A stretch of DNA of 64,000 bases from Planctomycetota bacterium (GTDB lineage Bacteria > Planctomycetota > UBA8742 > UBA2392): positions 533,478-597,477 of the forward strand of contig JABTUE010000002.1 of assembly GCA_015075515.1 (NCBI GenBank). The letters run 5' to 3'. Below, in pieces: positions 9,629 through 19,323 of the stretch. How positions within the stretch are numbered: position 1 is the stretch's first letter; the number at the start of each line of letters is the position of its first letter. Under the pieces are notes generated by a model that had not been told where the DNA came from, made no database searches, and worked only from the letters and a program-made list of their open reading frames with translations. A program made the position numbers and the translations under genes.

Positions 9629-10456
9629 TTACGGGTTGTTCTTGAGCAGTTCGCGGGCCTTTTCCTGCCAGCGCGCAAACTCGAACTCCATTCCCGCAGG
9701 CGCTTTGGCCTCGGAGCCCAGCAGATATTTCTGCAGCCGGTTGCGGGCGCTTTCGGCCTCGGCGGGCAGGTTGCGATCCTTGGCCCACGCAAACTCCATT
9801 TCGGCGCAGTAAAGCTGGTTTTCGGGCCAGTCAGGAGCTTTCTCGACGGCCGTCAAAAGGTTTCTGCGCGCGTTGCGCAGGCTTCCCACACTGGTCGGCG
9901 GCCCCGGCGCGCGCATCTGCAGCACACCCAGCACCCGCCACGGTCCGGCATGGCCGACATCGGCGTTCTTTTCGATCAAACCGCGCATGTCCTGGTCCAC
10001 GGTCTTGGCGGCGTTAAGGCCGTAGTCGTGGTCCACGTCGCCCAGCATGCCCGCCAGCACGCCGTGGCAGTAGCGCGCCTCGATGTTGTCCGGGCTCAGC
10101 TTCAGGGCGGTGTTGGTATAGGCAATGCCGTCCTTGACAATCGGCCGGCGTTCCTGGCGCGAAGGCATGAACTCGCCCAGCCACATCGCCACGCGCGCGG
10201 CCTCCAGCAGCACTGTCAGGTCGTCGGCCCGCCCGGCAATCGCCTGGGCGTACTTGTCGCGCGCCACGCGGACGGACTCCACGCTGCGGGGCTGCTGGGC
10301 AAAGGCCGCTCGCGCGTGCGCCACCAGAACCTCAAAGCCCTCGGCATTGGCCGTGCCGTTCTTGCCGTTGCCCTTGACCACATCATCGGGCACATAGCGG
10401 CACCCGGCCGCAATGGCCGCCACCAGCATCACCATGTACGCTACAGGCCTCATCAC
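9629..10456 (-). CDS. Lipoprotein, hypothetical (helical/TPR-like)
   Basis: Lipobox in MMRPVAYMVMLVAAIAAGC; protein-like composition; the opposite-strand ORF 9626-10519 judged a shadow. Confidence 0.5.
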   Translation of the reverse strand: MMRPVAYMVMLVAAIAAGCRYVPDDVVKGNGKNGTANAEGFEVLVAHARAAFAQQPRSVESVRVARDKYAQAIAGRADDLTVLLEAARVAMWLGEFMPSRQERRPIVKDGIAYTNTALKLSPDNIEARYCHGVLAGMLGDVDHDYGLNAAKTVDQDMRGLIEKNADVGHAGPWRVLGVLQMRAPGPPTSVGSLRNARRNLLTAVEKAPDWPENQLYCAEMEFAWAKDRNLPAEAESARNRLQKYLLGSEAKAPAGMEFEFARWQEKARELLKNNP

Positions 10457-11313
10457 TCGTACCGTTTGGCTACCCGGTCCAGGCGCGCGCTGTCTGCCGC
10501 CGGAAAGCGCGGCGACTGAAGATTGGTGCCCAGCTTGCGCCCGGCTTCGGTTTCGTCCAGGTTCGCCAGCGCCTTTTTCAGCGCCTCGCGCGCGTCGCCC
10601 AGCCTTCCGTCCACTTCAACAACCAGATCCTGGGGCAGCATTTCCGACTTCAGGCCGGACTTGAGAATCTTCAGATCGGCGTCTTCCTGCAACGCCTTGA
10701 GCGTCAGCCGGTCCATCAGCACATGGCGCGGCGCCCCGGGTGCCTGGTCCAGAATGTCATAGGCCGCGTCAAACGGGTTGTCGGTCTGTTTCCAGACCAC
10801 AGGTTTCTTGCCCTCAGGTGCGGGCATCACCACTTTGTTAAGCCAGTCGCTGTCGGCCGTCAGGCTGGTGGCGATTTCCGCCCCTTCAGGAAAAGCCTCC
10901 GGCGCAGGGGCGTCGGCCGGCCCGACCAGCACGTATTGCTCGCCGTCCAGATCGCCGCGACGGGCTTCGGCCAGAACCGTCAGCTTCAGGGCACTCTTGT
11001 GCTTGAGATAAAAGCCGGGGCTGACAATCGCCACCGCCACCGGCTTGTCCTTGTCCTGCAGCAGCTTCAGCGCCTCGTCGGGCTTGTTGCGCACGCCTCG
11101 TCGCACAAAGCGGGCCTCGGGAACCTGCGTGCCCAGCCACTGGCACAGCGAATCAATGGTTTCGCCGGCCTTGTCGTCCGTGGCGTGGCGTTCGCCAAGC
11201 TTGTAGACAGCCAGGCCATACTCGGCCTTTGGCGAAGGCTCCCTGGGTTTATCCTGGGCTGACGACACCAGTGGAACCGCCAGAACCAGAAGCAAAAACA
11301 GCGCGCGTTTCAT
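10453..11313 (-). CDS. Secreted periplasmic protein, possibly PhnD/SsuA-like substrate-binding fold
   Basis: Signal peptide MKRALFLLLVLAVPLVSSAQ; 4-nt overlap with downstream lipoprotein gene; fold assignment weak. Confidence 0.4.
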   Translation of the reverse strand: MKRALFLLLVLAVPLVSSAQDKPREPSPKAEYGLAVYKLGERHATDDKAGETIDSLCQWLGTQVPEARFVRRGVRNKPDEALKLLQDKDKPVAVAIVSPGFYLKHKSALKLTVLAEARRGDLDGEQYVLVGPADAPAPEAFPEGAEIATSLTADSDWLNKVVMPAPEGKKPVVWKQTDNPFDAAYDILDQAPGAPRHVLMDRLTLKALQEDADLKILKSGLKSEMLPQDLVVEVDGRLGDAREALKKALANLDETEAGRKLGTNLQSPRFPAADSARLDRVAKRYE

Positions 11314-11385
11314 GCGAACCTCCCTCCAGATTGTAAGGCCGGCATCGCCCGTTCACCCCTGCCGAAATTGCGGCAGTCGGCCGGA

Positions 11386-14151
11386 CTACAACCGCCGCCC
11401 CCGGTCGTTGAACCAGGCCAGAATGCGCGGCACCACAAAGTAGCTGACCGCCACGCCCGCTACACAGCCCACGGCCAGAACCTGCCCCAGCGACACAATG
11501 CCCCGGTGGCTGGCGATCACCAGCGTGCCAAACCCCAGCAATGTCGTCAGACCGCACAGCACACAGGCCTTGCGCGTGGCGGCCACGGTGCGCTTCGGGT
11601 CGCCATGTCGCTGGCTGTGGACCATGTAGACGCCGGCGTCCACGGAAATGCCAATCAGGATCGGCACGGCAAAGAAGTTGGCAAAATTGAAGTGCAGGCC
11701 GGTCACCGTCATGGTGCCAAGCAATATGCCGATGGAACCCGCCAGCGGCAGCATCGCCACCAGCACCGCCAACGGCCGGCGCAGGTCGGCAAACAGCAGC
11801 ACCACGATCGCGACAAAGGCGTACAGGACACTGAGAGCAAACCCGCGCACAATCAGGTTGCCGCTTTCGTGAATCTGCACGGTCACACCGGTGGCGTGGG
11901 GGTCAATCGCCAGAATCGCGGCGTTGAACTCTCCGGCCACGTCGTGCTGCCAGACATCGCGTGCCGGGTAGATATACAGAGCGTGCAACTCGCGCCCGTC
12001 GGGCGCCTTTCCGACATAGCGCGGACGCAGCATCGGCGGCAGGCTGGATGTGGTCACAGGCGGCGGGTCGCAATCCCGGCGCAGAGTGGTGATGGCCCGC
12101 GCCAGCGAATCAAAGAACGGCTTTTCGATTTCCGCCACGCGCAGTTCGATGTGACCCGGGCGCTGACGCAGGTCGTCCACCAGCCGGCCGGCTTCTTCCA
12201 GCGCGGGGGCAAACGCGGCGCCAAACTCCGGCCCGCGCGAAGAAAGCTGTTGCAGCGCCGCCTGCAGCCGGCGCGTGGCGGCCCGCAGCCGTGCCGCCGT
12301 GGTGGGTTCGACGGGCGCGGGCGCGAACTGCGCCGGTAACAGCCCGCGCAACCGGCCCAGCGACGCGCGTTTGTCCTGCTCGTCTTCCGGAACCATTGAA
12401 TCAAAGCCGCCCACCAGACCGCGCTCGCGCAACGGTTCGTAGCGCCGGCGCAATTCGGCCAGTTCCTCCAGCGTAGGCCGGATGCTGACGGCATAACTGG
12501 CGCGCTGGTCGTGCCGGATCAGCAGCCGCTCCCAGGCTACGCCACGGGCCGAAGGGTCGTTCAGTTCCAGCAGGTTGTAATCAAACGGTACCCAGCCCCG
12601 CGCCGTCTGGACAGCCGCGGCACCGATCGCCGACACCATCAGCGCCACCACAATCCAGCACGCCAGGCGCGACGCCACCGGCGCCGGCGGGGCCGAACCA
12701 TCGGCCGCGCGCATGGCCTGGCGCAACGCCGGGTTGCCCTCGCCCACGCGACGGGCGTCCACCAGCACCAGCATGGCCGGAAACACCACCAGCATCGCCG
12801 CCAGGCACATCAGAATGCCCAGACCGCAGATCAGCCCCAGTTCCGCCAGCCCCAGAAACTCCGTAAGAGCCGCCGTGGACAGCGCCACAGCCGTGGTCAG
12901 GGCACCCAGCACCGTGCCCATGCCGATCTCGCCGTAGACCTCGACCAGCGCCTCGCGCACCGTAAGGCCGTGGCTCAGCGCGGTACGGTAGTGGCTCAAC
13001 AGGTGAATCCCGAAATCAATGCCCAGGCCCACCAGCACCACGCCAAATACCATGGCAAAGATGTTCAGATGACCGATCAGCAGCGTGGTCGCGCCGATCG
13101 TCCAGCACAGGGCCAGCACGAGCGCCAGCACCGCCAGAAGCGGGCGCAGCACACTGCGAAACGCCGCCACAAACATCAGGCCCACGCCGGCAATCGCCAG
13201 CAGTGTTGCCAGCATCATGTCACGGCTCGAACTGGCCATTTCATCGCTGTAGATCACCGGCCGCCCGGTCAAACCGATGGCCAGTTCCGGGTACTTCGCC
13301 GCGTGCCGGTCGCGGATCTCGCGCGCCACGCGCAGCGGCTCTTCCACCTGGTTGAGGGCTCCGGCGTCCTTGCGCGGCAGAATCGGCACGAACAGCACGC
13401 GCCCCTGCCACAAAAACAGATAGCCGTCCTCGTCCACGGCCGGGTCGCTGCTCTCAAAAACAAACATGCGGTCCATGCCCGGCGCGCCACGCGGGGCGTT
13501 CAGCGATACACGCATGGCCTTGAGCAGATCCGCCAGCGACCGCCCGCCCTCGCGCGCGCGGCGCAGGGTGTCACCGCCGTCGGCGGATTCTTCAATGTTG
13601 GCGCGCAGGCCGTCCACCAGACCCACAAAACCCGGGTCCTGGGCCACCTGCCGCAACAGCGGCGCGCCGTCGCGAACCTGACCGGCTATCGCGTCTATGT
13701 CCTGCCGCGGCAGGTACAGCATCCGCGTGCCCCCGAAACTGTCGGGCGGGACGCGTTCCAGCACTGTCGGAAACAGTTCCGGGTGCTGCCGCAGATCGGC
13801 CGCGATCGCCGCCGCGGCCTGCTTCATCTGGGCGCGTGTGCGCGCCGACGGCTGCGGCGGGTGGTAACCGGGGTTGGCCTCGGGCCCCGGCGCGGGCGCG
13901 ACCATCAGCAGCATCAGCTCCTGGTCGCCAAAGGCTTCGGTGAACTGAAGAAAGCGCCGGTTGAAGTCGCTTTCGGGGTCAACCAGCGCGTTACGGTCGG
14001 TAATGAACTTCAGCCGCGCCACAGTCAGCGCGACGCTGCCCGCCGCCAGCAGCAGCCCGGCGATCACCAGCCACAGTGCGTGCCGGCACACGAATTGTGC
14101 CAGCGCCATCAGCGCGCGCTGCCGGCGTCCGACCTTGGCGGATTCGCTCAT
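11386..14151 (-). CDS. MMPL-family RND superfamily exporter (HpnN-like)
   Basis: ~920 aa with two six-helix hydrophobic bundles separated by large periplasmic domains, typical MMPL architecture; start at internal ATG (MSESAKVGRR) to avoid overlap with the divergent epimerase gene. Confidence 0.75.
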   Translation of the reverse strand: MSESAKVGRRQRALMALAQFVCRHALWLVIAGLLLAAGSVALTVARLKFITDRNALVDPESDFNRRFLQFTEAFGDQELMLLMVAPAPGPEANPGYHPPQPSARTRAQMKQAAAAIAADLRQHPELFPTVLERVPPDSFGGTRMLYLPRQDIDAIAGQVRDGAPLLRQVAQDPGFVGLVDGLRANIEESADGGDTLRRAREGGRSLADLLKAMRVSLNAPRGAPGMDRMFVFESSDPAVDEDGYLFLWQGRVLFVPILPRKDAGALNQVEEPLRVAREIRDRHAAKYPELAIGLTGRPVIYSDEMASSSRDMMLATLLAIAGVGLMFVAAFRSVLRPLLAVLALVLALCWTIGATTLLIGHLNIFAMVFGVVLVGLGIDFGIHLLSHYRTALSHGLTVREALVEVYGEIGMGTVLGALTTAVALSTAALTEFLGLAELGLICGLGILMCLAAMLVVFPAMLVLVDARRVGEGNPALRQAMRAADGSAPPAPVASRLACWIVVALMVSAIGAAAVQTARGWVPFDYNLLELNDPSARGVAWERLLIRHDQRASYAVSIRPTLEELAELRRRYEPLRERGLVGGFDSMVPEDEQDKRASLGRLRGLLPAQFAPAPVEPTTAARLRAATRRLQAALQQLSSRGPEFGAAFAPALEEAGRLVDDLRQRPGHIELRVAEIEKPFFDSLARAITTLRRDCDPPPVTTSSLPPMLRPRYVGKAPDGRELHALYIYPARDVWQHDVAGEFNAAILAIDPHATGVTVQIHESGNLIVRGFALSVLYAFVAIVVLLFADLRRPLAVLVAMLPLAGSIGILLGTMTVTGLHFNFANFFAVPILIGISVDAGVYMVHSQRHGDPKRTVAATRKACVLCGLTTLLGFGTLVIASHRGIVSLGQVLAVGCVAGVAVSYFVVPRILAWFNDRGRRL

Positions 14152-14195
14152 GGCCGCAGCATAGCGTGGCGCGGGGCTCAGGCTATTCTCCGCGC

Positions 14196-15242
14196 ATGCG
14201 CAGGGCGTTTGTGACCGGAACATCAGGCTTCATCGGCTCGGCCGTGGCACGCGAGCTGGTCGCCGACGGCGTGCATGTGCGCGTCCTGATGCGCAAGGGT
14301 GCCGACCGCAAGGCCATTGAAAAACTGGACGTCGAGATCATCGAGGGCGACCTGCTGGACGCGCCGGCCCTGGCCCGCGGGCTGGCCGGTTGCGACGCGT
14401 GCTTTCACGTGGCCGGCCTGAACAAGCTGTACCTGCGGGGCCATGCCGACATCAAACGCATGTATGACGCCAACGAACGCGGTGCCCACATGGTGCTGCG
14501 CACGGCCGCGGAAAGCGGGTGCACGGCAATCGTGCACACCAGCACCGTGGCGATTCTGAAACAGCCGCCGGACCGCCACGCCCACGAGGACGACCTGGCC
14601 CCCGAGCACGAACTGGTCGTGCACTACCAGCGCAGCAAGTACCTGGGAGAACAGAAAGCCCTGAAGCTTGCCCAAGAAGGCGCGCCGGTGGTCATTGCCA
14701 GCCCCAGCGCGCCGATGGGCCCCTTTGACGTCAAGCCCACCCCCACCGGCCGCGTGGTGCTTGATTTTCTGCGCCGCAAGATGCCGGGCTACATGGAAAC
14801 CGGCCTGAACGTGATTGACGTGCAGGACTGCGCCCGGGGGCACATTCTGGCCGCGCAAAAGGGCAGACCCGGCCGCCGCTACATCCTGGCGCACGCCAAT
14901 CTCAGCATTCTGGACATCTTCCGCACCCTGGCCGAACTGACGGGCATCCCCGCGCCCGGCTTCAAAGTGCCGAAATTCGTCGGCCTGATGACCGCATTTT
15001 TCAGCGAACTCAAGGCCAAGGCCACAGGCCGCGACGCGGCCGTACCGCTGGCGGGCGTGCGCATGGCTCTGAAACCGATGTTTTATGACAACTCGCGGGC
15101 GGTTGCCGAACTGGGTCTGCCCACCCGCGACGTGCGCCGGACACTGCGGCGCGCCGCGGCCTGGTTTGTCGAACACGGCTACGCCCCGGCGCCGCCGCGG
15201 GCGCTTGGCCCGTGGCATGAAGACAACAACGGGACGGCATGA
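14196..15242 (+). CDS. NAD-dependent epimerase/dehydratase (HpnA-like sugar epimerase)
   Basis: Rossmann motif FVTGTSGFIGSAVARELVADG immediately after ATG at 14196; YxxxK-type SDR-extended family spacing. Confidence 0.8.
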   Translation: MRRAFVTGTSGFIGSAVARELVADGVHVRVLMRKGADRKAIEKLDVEIIEGDLLDAPALARGLAGCDACFHVAGLNKLYLRGHADIKRMYDANERGAHMVLRTAAESGCTAIVHTSTVAILKQPPDRHAHEDDLAPEHELVVHYQRSKYLGEQKALKLAQEGAPVVIASPSAPMGPFDVKPTPTGRVVLDFLRRKMPGYMETGLNVIDVQDCARGHILAAQKGRPGRRYILAHANLSILDIFRTLAELTGIPAPGFKVPKFVGLMTAFFSELKAKATGRDAAVPLAGVRMALKPMFYDNSRAVAELGLPTRDVRRTLRRAAAWFVEHGYAPAPPRALGPWHEDNNGTA

Positions 15243-15281
15243 CCTCGCACCAGGAGCGTTTCGCCGGTAACCTGACAGCCC

Positions 15282-16967
15282 ATGTCTGACCCGGAACAGG
15301 CGCCGTTTTCCAGCCACCTGGATGAGCTGCGCAAGCGGCTGATCTACATCATCGCGGGCGTGATGCTGGCGTTTACGCTGGTGTTTTCTCTGTGGGCCGG
15401 GGCGATTGTCCGCTACATCCAGGAAATCGCGGTGGTCGAGCGCGCCGTGCCCGCCGCCCACAGCGCCATCAACGACAATCCCGCTGCCGCCATCCAGGTT
15501 GCCGGCAGCGGCGCAGTGCGTGATTCCGCGTTTACCGCCGACCGGGGCCTGGTGGTCTTTGTAGACCCGGCCTCGGCCTTTGTGCCCGTTCCGGCACCGG
15601 GAACAACGCCGCCGCTGGTGTTTACCGGCCGGCTCAAGCCAGGCACCCGGGCTGAAGCACGCGACGACGCGGTGTTTCTGGAACTTGACGTAAGCGACCC
15701 GACGCCGCGCACGCTGCAGGTGACCGTGCCCGCCGACGCCCCGATGCGCCTGCGCGGCACCGGTGTGGTAAACCTGGCCGCCCGCGAAGGAACCACCCAA
15801 CGAATGCAGGTGCAGTTTTCAGCCATCAGCCCGCTTGAAACCTTCAGCACCACCATGCGCGTGGCGCTGTACGCATCGCTGGTGTTTGCCTATCCGTGGG
15901 CAATGCTGCAGCTTTACCTGTTCATGGCACCGGGCCTGTACCGCCACGAACGCCGCTTCTTCAAGGTAGCCATTCCCAGCATCTTTGTGCTGTTCACCGC
16001 CGGCGCGGCCTTCGGGCGCTACATCCTGCTGCCGATCAGCATCGGGTTTCTGCTCGACTTCAACGTCGAGGCTTACAACCTGCGCACGGATTACTCTCTG
16101 GCCCAGTTTCTCAACCTGGTGTTCACGTTGACTTTCGGGCTGGGGTTTGTGTTCCAGATTCCACTGCTGGTGGCGCCCCTGATCCGCTTCGGGCTGGTAC
16201 CGCCGGACTTTTTCAAACGCTACCGCAAATACACCGTGTTTGCCGCGATCGTGATCGGTGCCGTGATCTCGCCCACGGGCATGATCTGGGACATGTTCAT
16301 TGCCGGCGCGCCGGTGGTGTTTCTGGTCGAGTTCGGCGTGATCGCCGGCAAACTGTGGAAACGCGCTGTGTTGCGGGCCGCTGAGCGCGAGGCCCTGCAG
16401 CGCGCCAAAAACGGCGATCAAGTAAACGTCGAAGAACTGGCCGGGGGCCTGGCCGTAGATCTGGAAAAGCGCCTGAAAGAGTTTGCCGCCGGCGGCGCGC
16501 GCGAGTTTGCCCGTGAACTGATGACCGGCATGCGTTCCAGCGGCGACGAAATCAGCACCATGTTCGACGACGACTACACTGACGACCAGAAGCCGCCCGT
16601 CGAGGTTCGCCTCAAGCCGCGCCCCAAACCCGAGTCAAAGACACCCGACGTGCCGGACACCCCGGCGGTCAAGCCCGACCAGGTGTTCACGCCAGCCACA
16701 CCGGTTGCGGAACCCGGGTCCGCGACTGACCCAACCATGGACGCCACCGCCATCGCCGCGGCAGATGCCGCCCCAACCAGCGGCAACGGCAACGGCAAGC
16801 ACGAGCAATACCCCGACCGGCCGTGGGTCGAAGGTATAGACGAGAATCTGGCGCGTTACGTGGAAGACCGCGTCAGCCAGCGCCTGGAACAGCTTATGGA
16901 ACGCGAGCTGCGCCCCTGGATGGAACGCGTTGAACACGAACTGCGCAACCGCAAACAGGACAACTGA
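15282..16967 (+). CDS. tatC: Sec-independent protein translocase TatC, atypically long (561 aa)
   Basis: N-terminal HLDELRKRL motif, six hydrophobic helices with TatC-like spacing (YASLVFAYPWAMLQLYLFMAPGL..., FGLGFVFQIPLLVAPLIRFGLV); ~140-aa insertion after TM1 and ~200-aa Pro/Asp-rich C-terminal extension. Confidence 0.7.
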   Translation: MSDPEQAPFSSHLDELRKRLIYIIAGVMLAFTLVFSLWAGAIVRYIQEIAVVERAVPAAHSAINDNPAAAIQVAGSGAVRDSAFTADRGLVVFVDPASAFVPVPAPGTTPPLVFTGRLKPGTRAEARDDAVFLELDVSDPTPRTLQVTVPADAPMRLRGTGVVNLAAREGTTQRMQVQFSAISPLETFSTTMRVALYASLVFAYPWAMLQLYLFMAPGLYRHERRFFKVAIPSIFVLFTAGAAFGRYILLPISIGFLLDFNVEAYNLRTDYSLAQFLNLVFTLTFGLGFVFQIPLLVAPLIRFGLVPPDFFKRYRKYTVFAAIVIGAVISPTGMIWDMFIAGAPVVFLVEFGVIAGKLWKRAVLRAAEREALQRAKNGDQVNVEELAGGLAVDLEKRLKEFAAGGAREFARELMTGMRSSGDEISTMFDDDYTDDQKPPVEVRLKPRPKPESKTPDVPDTPAVKPDQVFTPATPVAEPGSATDPTMDATAIAAADAAPTSGNGNGKHEQYPDRPWVEGIDENLARYVEDRVSQRLEQLMERELRPWMERVEHELRNRKQDN

Positions 16968-17548
16968 TGGCCAAGCGTAAACCAGCCAAAGGCGTCACCC
17001 GCGCCCAGTGGGCCGCGATCAAGGTGTTGGCCTGTGACGTGGACGGCGTGCTGACCGATGCCGGCGTGTGGTACGGCCCGGGCGGCGAACTGGCCAAGCG
17101 CTTTTTCATCCGCGACGGCATGGGGCTGCGCCTGCTTGAAGCCGCGGGTGTGCGCGTGGCCGTAATCACCAGCGAGGACAGCCCGGTGGTGGCCGCGCGC
17201 GTGCAGCGCCTGATGCTCAGCGCCTACCGCCCCGGCATGAAACGCAAGGGCGAGGCGCTGCGCGGCATCATGGCCGAGTTCGGTGCCGCCCCTGACGAAA
17301 CGGCCTACATCGGCGACGACGTCAACGACGCCGAGGCCATGAGCGTGGCCGGCATCGCGATCGCGCCCGCCGACGCCAGCGCCGACGCGATTTCGCGCGC
17401 CCGTTACGTCACCGCCAAACCGGGCGGTAACGGCGCCGTGCGCGAAGTGGCAGACCGGATTCTCGATGCAAGGGGAGTTGACGCCGCGCGCCTGTGGGCC
17501 GAAATCCACGGCGGACGCGCCGAGGCCCACGACACCGGAACGGTGTAA
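16967..17548 (+). CDS. KdsC-family HAD phosphatase (3-deoxy-D-manno-octulosonate-8-phosphate phosphatase-like)
   Basis: IKVLACDVDGVLTD (DxDGV), AYIGDDVNDAEAM motif; ATGA start/stop overlap with tatC. Confidence 0.7.
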   Translation: MAKRKPAKGVTRAQWAAIKVLACDVDGVLTDAGVWYGPGGELAKRFFIRDGMGLRLLEAAGVRVAVITSEDSPVVAARVQRLMLSAYRPGMKRKGEALRGIMAEFGAAPDETAYIGDDVNDAEAMSVAGIAIAPADASADAISRARYVTAKPGGNGAVREVADRILDARGVDAARLWAEIHGGRAEAHDTGTV

Positions 17549-17558
17549 GGCCCAGGCT

Positions 17559-18494
17559 TCAGATTCTCCAGAAACGCTCAATGTACCCCGCACGCTTTAG
17601 CTGCCGCGCATAGGCGCGGGCCAGCGGCGCGTAACGTCCCGGGCCACCGACAATGCCCTGTACCTGGCTGCGATGGCATTCAAACACCTTCTGGGCAAAG
17701 CGTGAGGCCTCGGCGCTGAAGGTTCGCGTAAAGGGCCGGGCAGGACTCTTGCGCGCCCGTGGTGCCCCGCAGTGCAACAGCCCGAAACACATGGCGACTT
17801 CGTGGACCACGGCGGGATCCAGCCCCGCGGTCATCGGCGCGGCCTGAAAGGATTCGGCAAGCTCGTCATACCATTCGGTCTTGAAACGACCCAGGCCGAG
17901 CGTCTCCAGTCGCAACGCCACGGCGTGGCGCACAAAGGCATAAGGCCGGTCTTCGTAGTACCAGACATCGCCATGGCCCAGGGCGCGCGCAGCATTGTGT
18001 GTCAAACGATGGTCCACGTGTTCGCCCACGCCCAGAGGCGCGTAAATGCGCCGGGGCCGGGCGGCGGCCACAATTTGGCGTACCAGGGTATCGGCCCGGC
18101 GCTGGTCGGCGCTCTCGCGTTTCTGGCGCGCAAAACACAGCCCCGCCAGATCACGGTACGCCGCGGCGCGAAACGGCGCGTCGGGCAGACCCCCGTGCAG
18201 CACGCTGGCACCCAGCAGGCGGCAGGCTGCTTCGTCTTCGGCCCGCCGCCGGGGATAGTCGTGGCGCAAAAACGGGCCGGCGTCGCGCGGCCCCGCGTGT
18301 GTGAATAACGACGCCACCAGCACACGCTGGTCGCGCCGCACATGGGCGCGCACCGTGGCCGACATGGACAAGGCCACGTCATCCAGGTGCGGCGAGAGAC
18401 AAAGCACGTCAAATCGCCGCGTCACATGTCTTCCACGATTGCGCCGGCGGCACCGAAACCCAGTGTGATGACAACCGTCCGGCCTGGACCGCAC
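17559..18494 (-). CDS. PIG-L/LmbE-family N-acetylglucosaminyl deacetylase
   Basis: FDVLCLSPHLDDVALSMSATV motif (PHxDD); N-terminal 25 aa of the ORF are Arg-rich and the true start is probably internal. Confidence 0.65.
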   Translation of the reverse strand: MRSRPDGCHHTGFRCRRRNRGRHVTRRFDVLCLSPHLDDVALSMSATVRAHVRRDQRVLVASLFTHAGPRDAGPFLRHDYPRRRAEDEAACRLLGASVLHGGLPDAPFRAAAYRDLAGLCFARQKRESADQRRADTLVRQIVAAARPRRIYAPLGVGEHVDHRLTHNAARALGHGDVWYYEDRPYAFVRHAVALRLETLGLGRFKTEWYDELAESFQAAPMTAGLDPAVVHEVAMCFGLLHCGAPRARKSPARPFTRTFSAEASRFAQKVFECHRSQVQGIVGGPGRYAPLARAYARQLKRAGYIERFWRI

Positions 18495-19237
18495 AGGCCG
18501 GCCTTGCGCGCCGCCAGCGCGGCGAGTTCGGCGTCGTTGAGCACGCGCACCGTGGCGGGAGCCGCGCCGGAAAGTTCGGTCGCGCGCCCCACAATGCGCC
18601 GTACCAGTTCGCGGTCGCCGCCCCAGCCGGCATACGTGCAGGGACCGGGCACAAGCTCGTCGTCTACTTCAACCGGCAGGCCCAACAACACGCGCGGGGC
18701 ACCCGTAGCCAGCCCGCGCGCCAGCGCCAGCGCGGCGAACTCGGACGCCGCCAGGCCCTGTTCCCTGGCCTCGGTACGGGTCAGCCGTGACTCATCCAGC
18801 ACCACCGGCAGCCGGGTGACGTCGCGCGCCAGCGCCGTAATCAGGCTGCTGGTCGGGCCTCGCTGGCACACCTTGATGGCCGTCTGGCCCACGTCCACCA
18901 CGACTTCGTCGGGCTCGCCGGCCGTGCCCGGCCCAAACCCCGCGCCGGGCAGAATGCGCGCAAACCCTGCCTCCTGGGCGAAGCCGCCAAGGCCGGTAAT
19001 ACCCCCGGCCAGTACCACATGCTCGAAACGGCCCGCCCGCTGGCCAATCGCGGGCAGAGCAGCGCGCAGCCGCGCGGCAAAATCCGCCGCGATCGAAGGG
19101 TCGGGCTCACCCGCCGTGCGACGCTGGTCCAGCGCCCAGGCCCCGACCTGTTGCCAGAACTTGCCGTCCTGGTGTGGCAGGTCGCGCAGGGCAACCGAGC
19201 GAATACCGGAAGGACGATAGCGCGTGACGGCACTCAT
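18422..19237 (-). CDS. Hypothetical protein with ASKHA (ROK/BadF-like sugar-kinase) motifs
   Basis: VVVDVGQTAIKV and VRVLNDAELAALAA...VITLGFGAAGAIV resemble phosphate-1 and ROK signature motifs; frame chosen over the low-complexity + strand ORF; boundaries uncertain. Confidence 0.35.
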   Translation of the reverse strand: MSAVTRYRPSGIRSVALRDLPHQDGKFWQQVGAWALDQRRTAGEPDPSIAADFAARLRAALPAIGQRAGRFEHVVLAGGITGLGGFAQEAGFARILPGAGFGPGTAGEPDEVVVDVGQTAIKVCQRGPTSSLITALARDVTRLPVVLDESRLTRTEAREQGLAASEFAALALARGLATGAPRVLLGLPVEVDDELVPGPCTYAGWGGDRELVRRIVGRATELSGAAPATVRVLNDAELAALAARKAGLCGPGRTVVITLGFGAAGAIVEDM

Positions 19238-19323
19238 GACTCAAAGGCTAACAATTTCCCGCCTTGGTTGGTTCTGAAGTTTGCGTGAAGTTGCCGCGCC
19301 GGATTGCAGCACCAGATGCGTTT

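Noticed and set aside
9626-10519. 297-aa + strand ORF overlapping the lipoprotein gene
   Set aside because: Arg/Gly/His-rich low-complexity translation antisense to a protein-like lipoprotein ORF with a proper lipobox; typical high-GC shadow ORF.
12511-14214. 567-aa + strand ORF across the MMPL exporter gene
   Set aside because: His/Arg/Gln-rich nonsense-like translation antisense to a clear 12-TM transporter frame.
11386-15242. Annotating a hopanoid biosynthesis cluster
   Set aside because: Only the HpnN-like and HpnA-like genes are present; no squalene-hopene cyclase or radical-SAM hpn genes in the window.
14223-15800. 525-aa minus-strand ORF over the epimerase gene and tatC start
   Set aside because: Antisense shadow; + strand frames carry Rossmann and TatC motifs.
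18342-19220. 292-aa + strand ORF
   Set aside because: Ser/Thr/Pro/Arg-rich low-complexity translation; the opposite-strand frame carries kinase-like motifs.
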